Assembly (NCBI GenBank): GCA_964626665.1
Contig: CAZVGK010000028.1
Span: 1-45,135 of the forward strand
DNA from: an uncultured Gemmatimonadota bacterium
Lineage (GTDB): Bacteria > SM23-81 > DAOVCL01
Reading direction: 5' to 3'
DNA length: 45,135 nt
A program made the translations under genes and the position numbers. This document shows, in pieces, positions 1-10,198 of this stretch; positions within the stretch are counted from its first letter, which is position 1, and every line of letters starts with the position of its first letter. The notes under the pieces were generated by a model. The model saw only the letters and a list, made by a program, of their open reading frames with translations, had not been told where the DNA came from and did no database searches.

Positions 1-120
1 GACTCTCACCAACAAGGTCAGCAGATAGCTGCGCTGCACGGGTTCTGCCACCTCGATTTTAAGGTCCTGCCCCGATCAGATCAGGAGATCTGACCGCTTG
101 GGAAAATCCCTTTCTCCCCT

Positions 121-942
121 TCAGCCCTCCCCCTTCAGTCTCTCTAGCTCCACCAACTCGGCCCCAGTGAGCCTGCCCTGCAGGAAATTCCCTCCCACCC
201 CCAGGAATGCCTCCGGGTTGTCTGTAACCAGAAATCTATACCTTCCCCCTTCCCCGCGAGGGTTCAAAAGCCCCTCCCTTGAAAGGAGATCCCTTAACTC
301 CTTAGATGTCTCCTTAGCCGAGTCGACCAGCTTCACCCCTTCACCCATAACTTCCCCAATTACTTCCTGCAGAAGTGGGTAGTGGGTGCACCCTAAGACC
401 AATGTATCCACCCCATCCTCCTTGAGGGAACGGAGATACTCCTCAGCAATCAACTTAACTGCTTCCCCTTTAGTCCACCCCTCCTCGGCGAAGGCCACAA
501 ACAAGGGACAGGGCTTAGCCATTACCCTGAGCTGAGGGTCCAACCTTTTGATGGCTTGATTGTAGGAACCGCTTTTGATGGTGGCCCTGGTGCCGATAAC
601 CCCCACAATCCCGTTACGGGTTGTCCGCACCGCGGCCTTTGCCCCCGGTTCTATCACTCCCATTATGGGGAGGGCAAAATATTCCCTTAGCTCATTTAGG
701 GCCACAGATGATGCGGTGTTACAGGCCACGACCACTGCTTTTATCCCCAGACCAGTAAGGAACCCCACATCCTGCAGGGCAAACTTCCTGACTATCTCCG
801 GGGAACGGGAGCCATAAGGATACCTTCCCGTGTCCCCAAAATAGATGATGTCCTCACCCGGGAGCCTCTTCATCACCTCCGAGGCAACTGTAAGCCCTCC
901 CACCCCAGAGTCAAATATGCCTATGGGGTCTTCTCTTCTCAA
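121..942 (-). CDS. murI: Glutamate racemase
   Basis: Motifs FDSGVGGLTV, YFGD...PYG, VVACNTAS and LGCTHYP, with both catalytic Cys; TTG start. Confidence 0.97.
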   Translation of the reverse strand: MRREDPIGIFDSGVGGLTVASEVMKRLPGEDIIYFGDTGRYPYGSRSPEIVRKFALQDVGFLTGLGIKAVVVACNTASSVALNELREYFALPIMGVIEPGAKAAVRTTRNGIVGVIGTRATIKSGSYNQAIKRLDPQLRVMAKPCPLFVAFAEEGWTKGEAVKLIAEEYLRSLKEDGVDTLVLGCTHYPLLQEVIGEVMGEGVKLVDSAKETSKELRDLLSREGLLNPRGEGGRYRFLVTDNPEAFLGVGGNFLQGRLTGAELVELERLKGEG

Positions 943-944
943 AC

Positions 945-2363
945 TTAGTCTCCCCCTTTATACCTCTCCCTAAAATCCTTTACCCCTTTGTATAAGGCCT
1001 CGGCCACCTTCTTCTGGAACCAGGTCTGTTTCAAGAGCTTCTCATCCTCTGGGTTGGAGATAAAGGCCACCTCCACCAAGACGGCGGGCATAAATGCTCC
1101 ATTGAGGACATAAAATCCCGCCTGATCTATCCCCCTCCCCCTAATCCCTAACTTAGACGATAGCCTTTTCACCATCACCTCGGCGAGTGCGCTCGACTCC
1201 TTGTGATACTCGTTCTGAATCATATCTAAGAGGATAAAGTCCAGATCGTTCAATTTCTGCCGGGATGGAAGGGGATTTTCGAACCTAACTGCCGAATTCT
1301 CGGCAGCCGCTATGGCCCGCGCGTCATCATTTTTAGCGTAGTCCAGGAAGAAAACCTCAAATCCCCTTACCTTCCTTTTACGGCTGGCATTGGCATGGAT
1401 GCTCAGGAAGAGGTCCGCCTTATTCTCGTTGGCTATCTGCGTCCGCCGAGAGAGGGGGAGAAATTCATCCTTCTCCCTGGTGAGGATGACCTTTAATTTT
1501 AACCGGGTGCGCAATAGCTTCCTTAACCTGAGGGCGATCTTTAAGACGACATCCTTTTCCTTTGTTCCCCTGAGACCAATAGCCCCGGGGTCCTTCCCCC
1601 CGTGTCCGGGATCGATGACCACCACATTTAGAGGGTTCTCCTTCTGCGGGGGACCGGATGCGCCCCTCTGCCAAAGGGAGAGAATTATCCTGGGAGGAGT
1701 TGACCTTACATAGGAGCTATATTTGACCTGAGGCCGCTTCAGCTTAAAGGAGATGCGACAGAGACTATCCTCCGAGGAGACAGCTACCCCTTCTACTACC
1801 CCTTGGGGGAGGATGGATTGCAACCCCTCTTCCCAGGGCTTACCGCCTCGAATAAGAATGTAAATCTCATTTGCCCCTTCCCTCTTGACCTCATATTTTA
1901 ATGGCTTGGTCAGGTGGAGGCTGACTAAGGTGCCGTTTTCCTTCGGTTTTATCTCTAAACCAGTTATGTTCACCGAGGGAGGAGGGGGGAGAAAGGCCGC
2001 ACGCGCGGGGTCCCAGGCCAAATCCTTTTGGGTGAGGATGGAGAGGGCCGGGCCTATATACTTGGCCGGCAGCCAAATTTGGCCCCTCACCCACCTTACC
2101 GGATAGGGCATATTCAAGGATTGGTCATCAGCCACCACCACCCCGCTCAAAGGGGTGATGGTGAGTCGATGCTGCCCTAGTTTGAGCACCAACTTCTGCA
2201 GATAGGGCTCAAAGAACTCCTCTGCCCCGATGAGCCTGGCCAACTCCTGGGAGGAGACATACTGCACACCCCCCATCTCTTTTGTGGCCAGCTTTTCCTG
2301 GGCAACTGAACCAGAGGTGAACAGGAATAGGATTTGAGCAAGGAGGATAAACCACTTAATCAT
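945..2363 (-). CDS. N-acetylmuramoyl-L-alanine amidase (Amidase_3, AmiA/AmiC-like) with signal peptide and AMIN-like region
   Basis: Motifs [25 protein letters not shown] and [11 protein letters not shown]; hydrophobic N-terminus. Confidence 0.93.
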   Translation of the reverse strand: MIKWFILLAQILFLFTSGSVAQEKLATKEMGGVQYVSSQELARLIGAEEFFEPYLQKLVLKLGQHRLTITPLSGVVVADDQSLNMPYPVRWVRGQIWLPAKYIGPALSILTQKDLAWDPARAAFLPPPPSVNITGLEIKPKENGTLVSLHLTKPLKYEVKREGANEIYILIRGGKPWEEGLQSILPQGVVEGVAVSSEDSLCRISFKLKRPQVKYSSYVRSTPPRIILSLWQRGASGPPQKENPLNVVVIDPGHGGKDPGAIGLRGTKEKDVVLKIALRLRKLLRTRLKLKVILTREKDEFLPLSRRTQIANENKADLFLSIHANASRKRKVRGFEVFFLDYAKNDDARAIAAAENSAVRFENPLPSRQKLNDLDFILLDMIQNEYHKESSALAEVMVKRLSSKLGIRGRGIDQAGFYVLNGAFMPAVLVEVAFISNPEDEKLLKQTWFQKKVAEALYKGVKDFRERYKGGD

Positions 2364-2800
2364 ATTCCCCCCTTTAACCTCCTTTCCAGATCCCTCTTTG
2401 CCTCCCTCTCCGCTATATCCCTCCTTTTATCGTAAAGCCTCTTCCCCTGGCAGAGGCCCAACTCCACCTTGGCCACCTTTCCCTTAAAATATAGCTTCAA
2501 GGGGATGAGGGTAAGGCCCCTCTCGGCCGTCTTCCCCAAAAGCCTTTTTATCTCCCAACGGTGGAGAAGGAGCTTCCTCTTTCGATCAGGGTCATGGTTG
2601 AAACGGGAGGCATTTGGGTAGGGGCTAATATGCATATTGTGAAGAAAGACCTCTCCCCTCTCCACCCGAGCAAAGCTGTCCTTGAGATTGAGCCTCCCCT
2701 GACGCAAGGATTTAACCTCGGTCCCCTCTAACACCATCCCCGCCTCATAGGTCTCCAAGACCTGGTAATCCCGCCTGGCTTTTCTATTGATAATAACCAT
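2360..2800 (-). CDS. smpB: SsrA-binding protein SmpB
   Basis: Motifs [30 protein letters not shown] and GKRLYDKR. Confidence 0.98.
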   Translation of the reverse strand: MVIINRKARRDYQVLETYEAGMVLEGTEVKSLRQGRLNLKDSFARVERGEVFLHNMHISPYPNASRFNHDPDRKRKLLLHRWEIKRLLGKTAERGLTLIPLKLYFKGKVAKVELGLCQGKRLYDKRRDIAEREAKRDLERRLKGGI

Positions 2801-2809
2801 TGGCTATGG

Positions 2810-2838
2810 AATATAGGCAAAGCCAAAGGCTATGGCAA
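2810..2838 (-). promoter_or_regulatory. Putative sigma70 promoter for smpB-amidase-murI
   Basis: Minus strand reads TTGCCA-17 nt-TATATT about 10 nt before the smpB ATG, so the transcript would be nearly leaderless. Confidence 0.5.
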
Positions 2839-2900
2839 GAGGATTTTTTGCTTGATAATGTCAATTTTTGGTTTATATTGTCATTTTGACAGGAGAGCTG

Positions 2901-3429
2901 ATGGAGATTAAGGTCACCCCCAAGTTAGTGGCCCAACATGGCTTGACCTCTGAGGAAATTAGGAGGGAGCAAATATCTAAAGACCATTTACGGAATTGTG
3001 GGAGGAAGATGTCCCGTTTTGGACTTGGACTATGAGAAGAGGGTACAAAACCTCTGTCTCTGGGGAATCTCCCAGGGCTGGGTAAAGTCGGCCCATGACA
3101 TCTCCGAGGGTGGCTTAGCTATTAGCTTAGCCGAGGCCTGCCTCTCTCCCTCTGAAGGGGGGATAGGGGCCAGGATAGATAATCCAGGCGGCCCTGATGA
3201 GGTCTCCTCCCTTTTTGGCGAATCCCAATCGAGGATAATAGTTACGGTCACAGGAGATGGTTACCAGAGGCTAAAGGCAAGGGGGGACAAATTAGGGGTG
3301 AAGGTGAGGAGAATAGGCCAGGTGGGGGGCAAAAGCTTAAGGATAGCCAACCTTATTGACCTGGACCTGGCCAGGTTAGAGGACGAGTACAGGTGGACAC
3401 TAATCAAAATAATGGAAGGGCAAACTTGA
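2901..3429 (+). pseudogene. purL: purL (FGAM synthase large subunit) remnant with a large internal deletion and frameshift
   Basis: SD AGGAG and ATG at 2901 encode MEIKVTPKLVAQHGLTSEE, like a PurL N-terminus. The +1 frame from 2959 gives LGGSKYLK...LDLDYEK...SAHDISEGGLA...LFGESQSR, a PurL C-terminus. The central several hundred residues are absent. Confidence 0.8.
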
Positions 3430-4883
3430 ACCAGGTCCTCTTAGCCACCGAGGAGAGGGGATTGGCTCAGCAGATAGAGGGCTCCCTTAAGGGATATGAG
3501 ATCGTCTGGGTGCAGGACCCGGCACAACTTCTCAAGGCCCTGAAGGAAAATGGGTTCTTCCTCCTCCTCTTTGACATCGCCCTTCCGGGTTTCTCCACGG
3601 GTAAACTTCTCCAGCGGGTGGTCAGCAGGTATATGGGGACAAGCGTCATCCTCTTGGTCAACCAAGAGGAGAAGGTGCGGGCCTTAGAGCTCTTCGAGTT
3701 AGGGATAGAGGATTGGGCCGAGAAGCCCATCGACCCGGAAAGGCTGCAGATCAAGGTAAACAGCCTCCTGCGCAAGAGGGAAGCCATCAAAGCCTGTGGC
3801 CTAGTGGGGAGATCAGAGGAGATAAAGCAGATTGCTGAGACGGTACTGCAGATCGCCCCCACCAATGTCACCGTTCTCATCCAAGGGGAGAGTGGAACTG
3901 GAAAAGAGCTCATCGCCAAAGCCATTCACCAGAACAGTCCGCGCCAGGGAAGATCATTTGTCACCCTCAACTGCGGTGCCCTGGCCGAAGGGGTCCTGGA
4001 AAGCGAGCTCTTTGGCCATGAAAGGGGGGCGTTTACTGGAGCTTTAGCGCGCCGGTTAGGGCTCTTCGAACTGGCCAATGGGGGAACAATCTTCTTAGAT
4101 GAAGTGGGTGAGCTTTCCCCCTCCACTCAGGTTAAGCTCCTGCGGGTCTTGGAGGAAAGGGAGTTAATGCGGGTGGGAGGGAACGAGACAATCAAGGTTG
4201 ATGTGCGGGTGGCCGCTGCCACCAATCGGGACCTTAAGGAGGAAATGGAAAAGGGGGAGTTTAGGAAGGACCTCTATTATCGGCTCTGTGTGGTGAAGAT
4301 CGATGTCCCCCCTTTGCGGAAGAGGAGGAGGGATATACCCCTGCTCATCTATGAGTTCATCGAGAGGTTCACCCGGGAGAACCATCGGGGATTTGCCGGC
4401 CTTACCGAAAGGGCAATAAAGAAGCTGGTTGACTACTACTGGCCGGGGAATGTAAGGGAATTAAAGAACCTGGTGGAGCAGATGGTCGTCCTCTCCGCCG
4501 AGAAGAAGATCGACGCTCCAGACATAGAAAACTACATCCAGGGACAGGCACCGCAAAGGCAGGAATTTCCCATTAGGGTGGGGAAATCCCTAAGCTCCAC
4601 TGAACACGAGCTTATCTATCGGGCCATTTTAAGCCTGAAGCAGGACATCTCCGAATTAAAGGAGATCCTTAGGCAGGGCCCACCCATTCGCCCGGCTATG
4701 GCGGTGCCCCTGGAAAGGGAGGAGGAGAACCCCCTGGAGGTAGGCAAGCTCTCCGAGGTGGAAAGGGAGCTTATCCAAAAAGCCCTCTCCCAGGTGGGGG
4801 GAAACAGGAGAAAGGCCGCCCAAATATTAGGGATCGGAGAGCGAACCCTCTACCGCAAGCTGCAAAGGTATGGGCTAAAGTAG
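3426..4883 (+). CDS. Sigma-54-dependent response regulator (REC-AAA+-Fis HTH, NtrC/AtoC family)
   Basis: Receiver Asp in LLFDIALPG, Walker A GESGTGKE, ESELFGH, GAFTGA, Walker B IFLDEVGE, WPGNVREL and C-terminal HTH. Probable TTG start at 3426 overlaps the purL stop (ORF track start 3393). Confidence 0.95.
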   Translation: MNQVLLATEERGLAQQIEGSLKGYEIVWVQDPAQLLKALKENGFFLLLFDIALPGFSTGKLLQRVVSRYMGTSVILLVNQEEKVRALELFELGIEDWAEKPIDPERLQIKVNSLLRKREAIKACGLVGRSEEIKQIAETVLQIAPTNVTVLIQGESGTGKELIAKAIHQNSPRQGRSFVTLNCGALAEGVLESELFGHERGAFTGALARRLGLFELANGGTIFLDEVGELSPSTQVKLLRVLEERELMRVGGNETIKVDVRVAAATNRDLKEEMEKGEFRKDLYYRLCVVKIDVPPLRKRRRDIPLLIYEFIERFTRENHRGFAGLTERAIKKLVDYYWPGNVRELKNLVEQMVVLSAEKKIDAPDIENYIQGQAPQRQEFPIRVGKSLSSTEHELIYRAILSLKQDISELKEILRQGPPIRPAMAVPLEREEENPLEVGKLSEVERELIQKALSQVGGNRRKAAQILGIGERTLYRKLQRYGLK

Positions 4884-4982
4884 CCCCCCTTTAACCAATC
4901 CAGACCAAACGTTTCCCTGCGTGTAGATTTTCCTTCAAGACCGCCGGAGTTAGCCATCCCAGGAGGATAAGAGCAAAACATA

Positions 4983-5023
4983 GGAATTACCACTTTTTCT
5001 CTCTGATTAACAGGAAGTTGCAG
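4983..5023. repeat. Degenerate ~41 bp repeat, inverted relative to 8016-8057
   Basis: ggaattaccactttttctctctgattaacaggaagttgcag versus the reverse complement of 8016-8057, ggaatttccattttctcttctctgattatcaaagagttgcag. Confidence 0.55.
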
Positions 5024-5120
5024 AGAGGAACTCAAAGTCGCTGAATCCGAACCCCTGGTTATCGCAGGCTTCAGTCTGCGTCCCTTCGCAAATGTGAGTT
5101 TGCTCCTGCCATTTGCAGTA

Positions 5121-5224
5121 TATAGTTCCCTCTCCCCCTGAGGGAGAGGGTCAAAGTGAGGGGGGAATCGATAAAATATTCACCCTCTCCTTAGTCCTCC
5201 CCCATCAAGGGGGAGGAAATGTTT
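5121..5224. repeat. REP-like double-hairpin repeat, left copy of an inverted pair
   Basis: Hairpins ccctctccc..gggagaggg and cctccccc..gggggagg. 5179-5219 is the exact reverse complement of 7645-7685 (41 bp). Confidence 0.85.
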
Positions 5225-5404
5225 GGGATGCCCTGCTCTTTGGGCAAGAAGGTTCCCTGTAAAGACTGATCTTTAGTCTTCTTTGAGGGGAGCTTCCTGA
5301 GAGCAGGAACCCTGCCAGTATGTAAATCCTGTTATCCCGTCAAAAATCCCTGCCGCGGGAACCTTACTGGGCACCTCGCCCAACAGCTTTCTACCTTCCC
5401 TCTA

Positions 5405-7432
5405 CTACTTGTCCTTCCCTTTTAGATAACGGTCAAACCAACGGAGGATATGTTTTAGCCTCTCGATCCGCCGGTCCGTGCGCCCCCCGCGGGAGAGGCC
5501 ATGCGGCTCCTCCGGGAAAATGACCATCTCGGTATCCACTCCCAACCTCTTCAGGGCCACAAAGATTTGCTCATCCTGCTCAATGGGACAGCGCATATCC
5601 TGCTCGCTGTGGATGATTAGGGTGGGGGTTTTCGCCTGGCCAATGTATTTCATCGGGGATTGCCGCCAGTAGTTCTCCAAATTCTCCCAGGGGGGCTGAT
5701 CCCCAAACTCCTCCTGGAAGGACCAGTTGTAGTCGCTGGAGCCGTACATGCTGATCAGGTTACTGACGCTGCGCTGCGTGACCGCGGCTTGGAAGCGATC
5801 GGTATGCCCGATGATCCAGTTGGTCATATATCCGCCATAGCTGCCCCCGGTGACGCCCATCCTTTCGGGGTCGACATATGGTTTCTGCTGAACGAAATCA
5901 ACCCAGGCCATCAGGTCGTCATAATCGACTGTGCCCCAGTTGTTCCAAATGGCCTTGGAGTGTTCCTCGCCGTACCCCTGCCCCCCGCGCGGGTTGCAGA
6001 AATAGACCACATAGCCATTGGCGGCCAACCAGTAAAACTCATGCATAAAGAAGTTGCCATACTGCACCCTAGGGCCGCCGTGGATCTCCAGGATCGAGGG
6101 ATATTTCCTCGCGGGGTCAAAATCGGGCGGCTTCAGGATCCACCCCTGCAGGTCGTTATTAGCAGCTCCTTTAAACCAGACTTCTTCTACCTCCCCTAAA
6201 TCCCGCGCGCGCAGCAGATTTTCGTTTACCTTGGTCAACCTACGGGCGCGCAGGTTGGTTAACTCCTTCACCCAAACCTGGCCTAAATCGGCCATATCGG
6301 CGTGGAGATAACCCAACTTAAACTGCTCCCGGTCAAAGCTAAACGACCCCACAACCCCCTTCTCACCAATAACCGTCTGCAGGCTCTGCTCATCCCCATC
6401 CAATGCCACAGATTGGAGAATGGTATTCCCATGGCGGGTCACCTGAAAGTAGATCCTGCTTCCATCTTTCGCCCAGATAGGTGGCATCATCGGTGGACTG
6501 CCTGGAAGGTCGTTGATCGTCCAACTCGATATGTGGAAGTCGAACTTCTCCGTCAAATTCCGCGCCCCGCCTTTGCCCTGGAGGGGGAGAACCCAAAGGC
6601 AGAGGTTTCTCCAGCTCTTCCCTCGCCCTTCGCGGCCAAGCCAGGCGAGCCATTTCCCGTCTGGAGAGAAGGTAGGACCTCCCTTCACCCCCAAAGGAGC
6701 CTCGACCTTACGCAGCTTGCCCCCCTCTGCCGGGATGAGGAAGAGATCTACCACATCCGGATCGAGGTCGGGATCATCGCTGTGGTTGGAACAGAAGACA
6801 ATCTGTCTTCCGTCCGGGGACCATTGTGGATCCCATTCGTCATAGATGGGACTGTCGGTCAACTGCTTGGCCCGACCAGTGCCTACATCGATAGTCCAGA
6901 TATGCCAACGTTCCTGGGGCAAGAACCCACTCCCATCCCGTTTGTAGAAACAGCGGGTGATCTGCCTGGCCACCACGCCCAGCTCCTTCTTTTTCTTGTC
7001 CTTCTCCCGCTTGATGGCCTCCTTATCCTTCTTGCGAAACTGACAGACGAGCCGCCGACCATCAGGCGACCATTCAAACCCCCCGAATTCTCCTTTCAGG
7101 TTAGTGAGCTGCCGGGCCTCCCCCCCGGCAAAGGGAAGAATGTAGATTTGCGGCTGTTTCTCATCACCTCGATTGGAGACGAAGGCGATCTTACTCCCAT
7201 CAGGCGACCACTTGAGCTGGTTCTCCGCATAATTCCCATGGGTAAACCGCCGAGCCCGTCCTCCGTCGGTGGGGACAATCCAGATGTTGGAGTATTTCTT
7301 CTCCTTCTTCTTGTCCACCCTCTGCAGGGAATAGCCGATGTGGCGGCCATCCGGCGAGATCTGGCAGTCGGTGATCAGTTGAAACCTATACAAATCCTCC
7401 TCGGTGATGTAACCCTTCTTCCGTGCTGGCAT
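5405..7432 (-). CDS. S9 family peptidase (acylaminoacyl/dipeptidyl peptidase) with beta-propeller
   Basis: Repeated WSPDG propeller motifs, IHGGP, GGSYGG nucleophile, D in EQDMRC, H in EPHGLS. Start 7432 is preceded by SD GAAAGGAG. Confidence 0.95.
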   Translation of the reverse strand: MPARKKGYITEEDLYRFQLITDCQISPDGRHIGYSLQRVDKKKEKKYSNIWIVPTDGGRARRFTHGNYAENQLKWSPDGSKIAFVSNRGDEKQPQIYILPFAGGEARQLTNLKGEFGGFEWSPDGRRLVCQFRKKDKEAIKREKDKKKKELGVVARQITRCFYKRDGSGFLPQERWHIWTIDVGTGRAKQLTDSPIYDEWDPQWSPDGRQIVFCSNHSDDPDLDPDVVDLFLIPAEGGKLRKVEAPLGVKGGPTFSPDGKWLAWLGREGRGKSWRNLCLWVLPLQGKGGARNLTEKFDFHISSWTINDLPGSPPMMPPIWAKDGSRIYFQVTRHGNTILQSVALDGDEQSLQTVIGEKGVVGSFSFDREQFKLGYLHADMADLGQVWVKELTNLRARRLTKVNENLLRARDLGEVEEVWFKGAANNDLQGWILKPPDFDPARKYPSILEIHGGPRVQYGNFFMHEFYWLAANGYVVYFCNPRGGQGYGEEHSKAIWNNWGTVDYDDLMAWVDFVQQKPYVDPERMGVTGGSYGGYMTNWIIGHTDRFQAAVTQRSVSNLISMYGSSDYNWSFQEEFGDQPPWENLENYWRQSPMKYIGQAKTPTLIIHSEQDMRCPIEQDEQIFVALKRLGVDTEMVIFPEEPHGLSRGGRTDRRIERLKHILRWFDRYLKGKDK

Positions 7433-7639
7433 GGCTTCTCCTTTCATTCGCTGTGCTTCACGCTATTTTAAGGTTACAATAGGGAGAGGGCAGAATCCCT
7501 GTTTTGCCCCGCTCAGCCATTGGTAATATGATGCTACTTGCAGATTTTTGTGAATAATTGGAATTATCTAAAAATCTACAGCGCGCTCTACGGGCAAGCT
7601 ATATGGGAGGCAACTTAACGCAGATAAACAAGATTCCTA

Positions 7640-7744
7640 AACACTTTCCTCCCCCTTGATGGGGGAGGACTAAGGAGAGGGTGAAGATTTTGCCGGCTTC
7701 CCCTCACTCTGGCCCTCTCCCTCCAAGGGAGAGGGAACTACATA
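7640..7744. repeat. REP-like double-hairpin repeat, right (inverted) copy
   Basis: Reverse complement of 5121-5224 with a 41 bp perfect core. Confidence 0.85.
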
Positions 7745-7759
7745 AGGGGTGTCCGAATT

Positions 7760-7887
7760 TGTCATTCCCACCCACTACTAACGGGAATCCATTGCTGATC
7801 TGCAATGAGCCGTCAGATGCCCTCATCTGACGGCAAGGGTGGCAGAATCAGGGTTCTGCCACCTCGGTAAAGATTGCCGGAATGACA
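7760..7887. repeat. TGTCATTCC...GGAATGACA palindromic repeat with a nested two-hairpin element (7806-7865)
   Basis: Terminal inverted repeat tgtcattcc/ggaatgaca. Inner hairpins gccgtcaga-tctgacggc and ggtggcagaa-ttctgccacc recur at 33886-33952 and partly at 41-55. Confidence 0.7.
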
Positions 7888-8333
7888 AGAAATACGGGTA
7901 TTTCCAGACAGCCACTACATAACATAACGGTAGTTGTGCCCTCGTAGGTGGTGATCCCTGGAGGGGGCAAAAGCCCCCTCCAGCCCCCCTTTATTAAACA
8001 GCCTAAATTCTACTTCTGCAACTCTTTGATAATCAGAGAAGAGAAAATGGAAATTCCAATGCTTTGAACTTAGCTTGCTAAACTCGAAAGGTTCTTCTCA
8101 GAGATTTTCACTCCTTCCCGCTGTCCATCGGGGCCCGAATTGTTCTGCTTCCACCCCTTTAATCCCGCACTTATGGGTGCATAGACGCTGAACTGCAAAT
8201 ATTTGCCTCCTTCGCAGAATTTCTTAGAAATTCCGAAAGGTGAATAGTATAGCAATCGAAGATTTCGATATCTATTTTCTGAGGGCTGACCCCAATTATT
8301 CATTATAGTTTGCATATTGCTATTATCTCATTG

Positions 8334-8484
8334 GCCATTGCGAGGGGCATAGCGACGGAGCAATCTCGTAGTCTAATACTCGGTGTTTTGAGATTGCTTC
8401 GCTCCGCTCGCCTCGTTAGATAATTTCTACCAATCTCGGAGTTCAGCGAAACGTCATTTGATATCTAACGGGGCTCGCAATGAC
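8334..8484. repeat. GTCATTGCGAG...GCAATCTC/GAGATTGC...CTCGCAATGAC repeat interrupted by a 63 bp element (8411-8473)
   Basis: Inner element has inverted ends cctcgttagata/tatctaacgggg and is flanked by CTCG on both sides (8407-8410, 8474-8477). Confidence 0.75.
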
Positions 8485-8750
8485 ATGTAATCTACTTAGT
8501 GGCCTGAATAATAAATATCCTGAAAGAACTGATCTATCCCTTTCAAAAAACTTCAACTCAAGATCATCAAAAATGATTCTACCACATCCCTCCCAAAATA
8601 ACAAGCCACTTATCTTCCTTGTTCCAGAAGATAGTTTCCCCCTTTAAGACCGAGAACAAGCAAAAAAACCGCCTGGGCCCTTTTTTAGACCATCATCTCG
8701 GCGGCTAATAATCTCATCTTTGCTTACCTGGCATATAGGGGCAGGCATAT

Positions 8751-10163
8751 TCAGCTAATCACCTTTTCTCCAATGATTATCCTCCCCCGCAATCTTCCCC
8801 TCAGGGGGTAGGAGTGGGCAAGGACGATTAGGGAGTTGCCCCCCTTGCCCTTTAGCGAAAGCCTTGTTTTGCCATCCGGCTCCTGCTCCTCCTGGTCAAT
8901 GAGGTGGGAAATCGGTTCCCCCCTAAGCTCGGAGATAGAATACCCTGTGCGCCCTAAGAGCGCTTGATTGGCCAGGGTAATCTCTCCCCTTTCGTTGAGG
9001 GCCAAAACGGGGTTCTCCAGGGAGTTGAATATCTCCTCAGAGATCTCTTCCCGACTTTCTACAATGACCTGGTTGACCACCGAAATGGCTCCAATTAACT
9101 CCCCCCCCTTCTCTAAGGGCTTGGTCTGGAAGACAACTTTCCTGGCTTGGCCATCAGAGGTAAAGACGGAGAAATCTGCACTTCTTACCTCATCCCCGGA
9201 GGAGAGGTCCCTCAGGTGCGATTGAGCCATCTCCCGCTCCTGAGAAATAACTACCTTCTGCAGGCTCTCCCCTAAGAGCTGATCCGAGCGATAACCTAAC
9301 ACCCCCTTGGCGGCTTTGTTCAATGAGGTAAACCTGCCCTCCCTATCAAAGGTGACGATCCCTTCTTCGGTTGTCTCTGCTATATGCCTAAACCTCTCTT
9401 CCGACTCCTTCCTCCGGGTGATGTCCCTGGCTATACATTGGATGCCCATCAATTCCACATCCACAACGATTGGAGTGCTATGAATGGCCAGGGTAACCCT
9501 CTTCCCCTCTTTATCCAGGACCTTTACCTCGATCTCCTCGGAATTCCCCTGGGACCAGATTCGCTGAAATGACCTCTCGAAATTCTCCCTTCCCTCTGGG
9601 ACGACAAAATCCGAGAACCTTTCCCCCACCAACTCCTCCCTCTTTCGGCCGGTTACCTCTTCCATCTTTCCGTTGACAAAGGTGAAAATGCCGTTGGCCG
9701 CCAAGGTGAAGATGGCATCGTTGGCATGTTCTATTAGCCCCCTATACTTCCTCTCCGACTCCTTTAACTTCCTCTGCAGGTTATCCTCTTTACGTCCCAA
9801 CTCCCTCCTCTCCTCTATCCTCTCCACAGCCCTCTTCAGGTCCGTGGAGAGGCGAGGCTGGGGCACATAGTCGTAGATCCCATCCCGGTAAGCCTGGATC
9901 AACTCCTCAGCGCTAAGCTCACCTCCTAAGAGAATGATCGATATCCTGCTGTTCCTCTCCTTTACCCTCTTCCAGAGCTCCTTCTCCCCCACCTCACAGT
10001 CAATCAGGACCAGCCCAATCCCCTCCTCCTCAACCATTCTCAAGGCCTTCTGAGGGTCCTCTACCCAGGTTACCTCCCGGCCAACAAGTATCTCCTGGCA
10101 CTCCCTTAGGGTGGCTGGGTTTGCTGAGACAGCCAATAGCCTGTTTTGACTCTCCATCTCCAT
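8751..10163 (-). CDS. Receiver-like domain plus multiple PAS domains, no output domain
   Basis: REC-like N-terminus (LVLIDCE, GIYDYV), coiled coil, SERKYRGLIEHANDAIF and RDITRRK PAS/PAC signatures, two more PAS-like repeats, no HisKA/GGDEF. Confidence 0.85.
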   Translation of the reverse strand: MEMESQNRLLAVSANPATLRECQEILVGREVTWVEDPQKALRMVEEEGIGLVLIDCEVGEKELWKRVKERNSRISIILLGGELSAEELIQAYRDGIYDYVPQPRLSTDLKRAVERIEERRELGRKEDNLQRKLKESERKYRGLIEHANDAIFTLAANGIFTFVNGKMEEVTGRKREELVGERFSDFVVPEGRENFERSFQRIWSQGNSEEIEVKVLDKEGKRVTLAIHSTPIVVDVELMGIQCIARDITRRKESEERFRHIAETTEEGIVTFDREGRFTSLNKAAKGVLGYRSDQLLGESLQKVVISQEREMAQSHLRDLSSGDEVRSADFSVFTSDGQARKVVFQTKPLEKGGELIGAISVVNQVIVESREEISEEIFNSLENPVLALNERGEITLANQALLGRTGYSISELRGEPISHLIDQEEQEPDGKTRLSLKGKGGNSLIVLAHSYPLRGRLRGRIIIGEKVIS

Positions 10164-10198
10164 CCTCAGACCACCTTGAATAGAAGAAATTGCATGTA

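Noticed and set aside
2360-2900. tmRNA (ssrA) next to smpB
   Set aside because: No tRNA-like GGGG...CCACCA ends or room for the gene in the flanks.
6302-7471. 389-aa plus-strand ORF
   Set aside because: Antisense shadow of the S9 peptidase, with no recognisable motifs.
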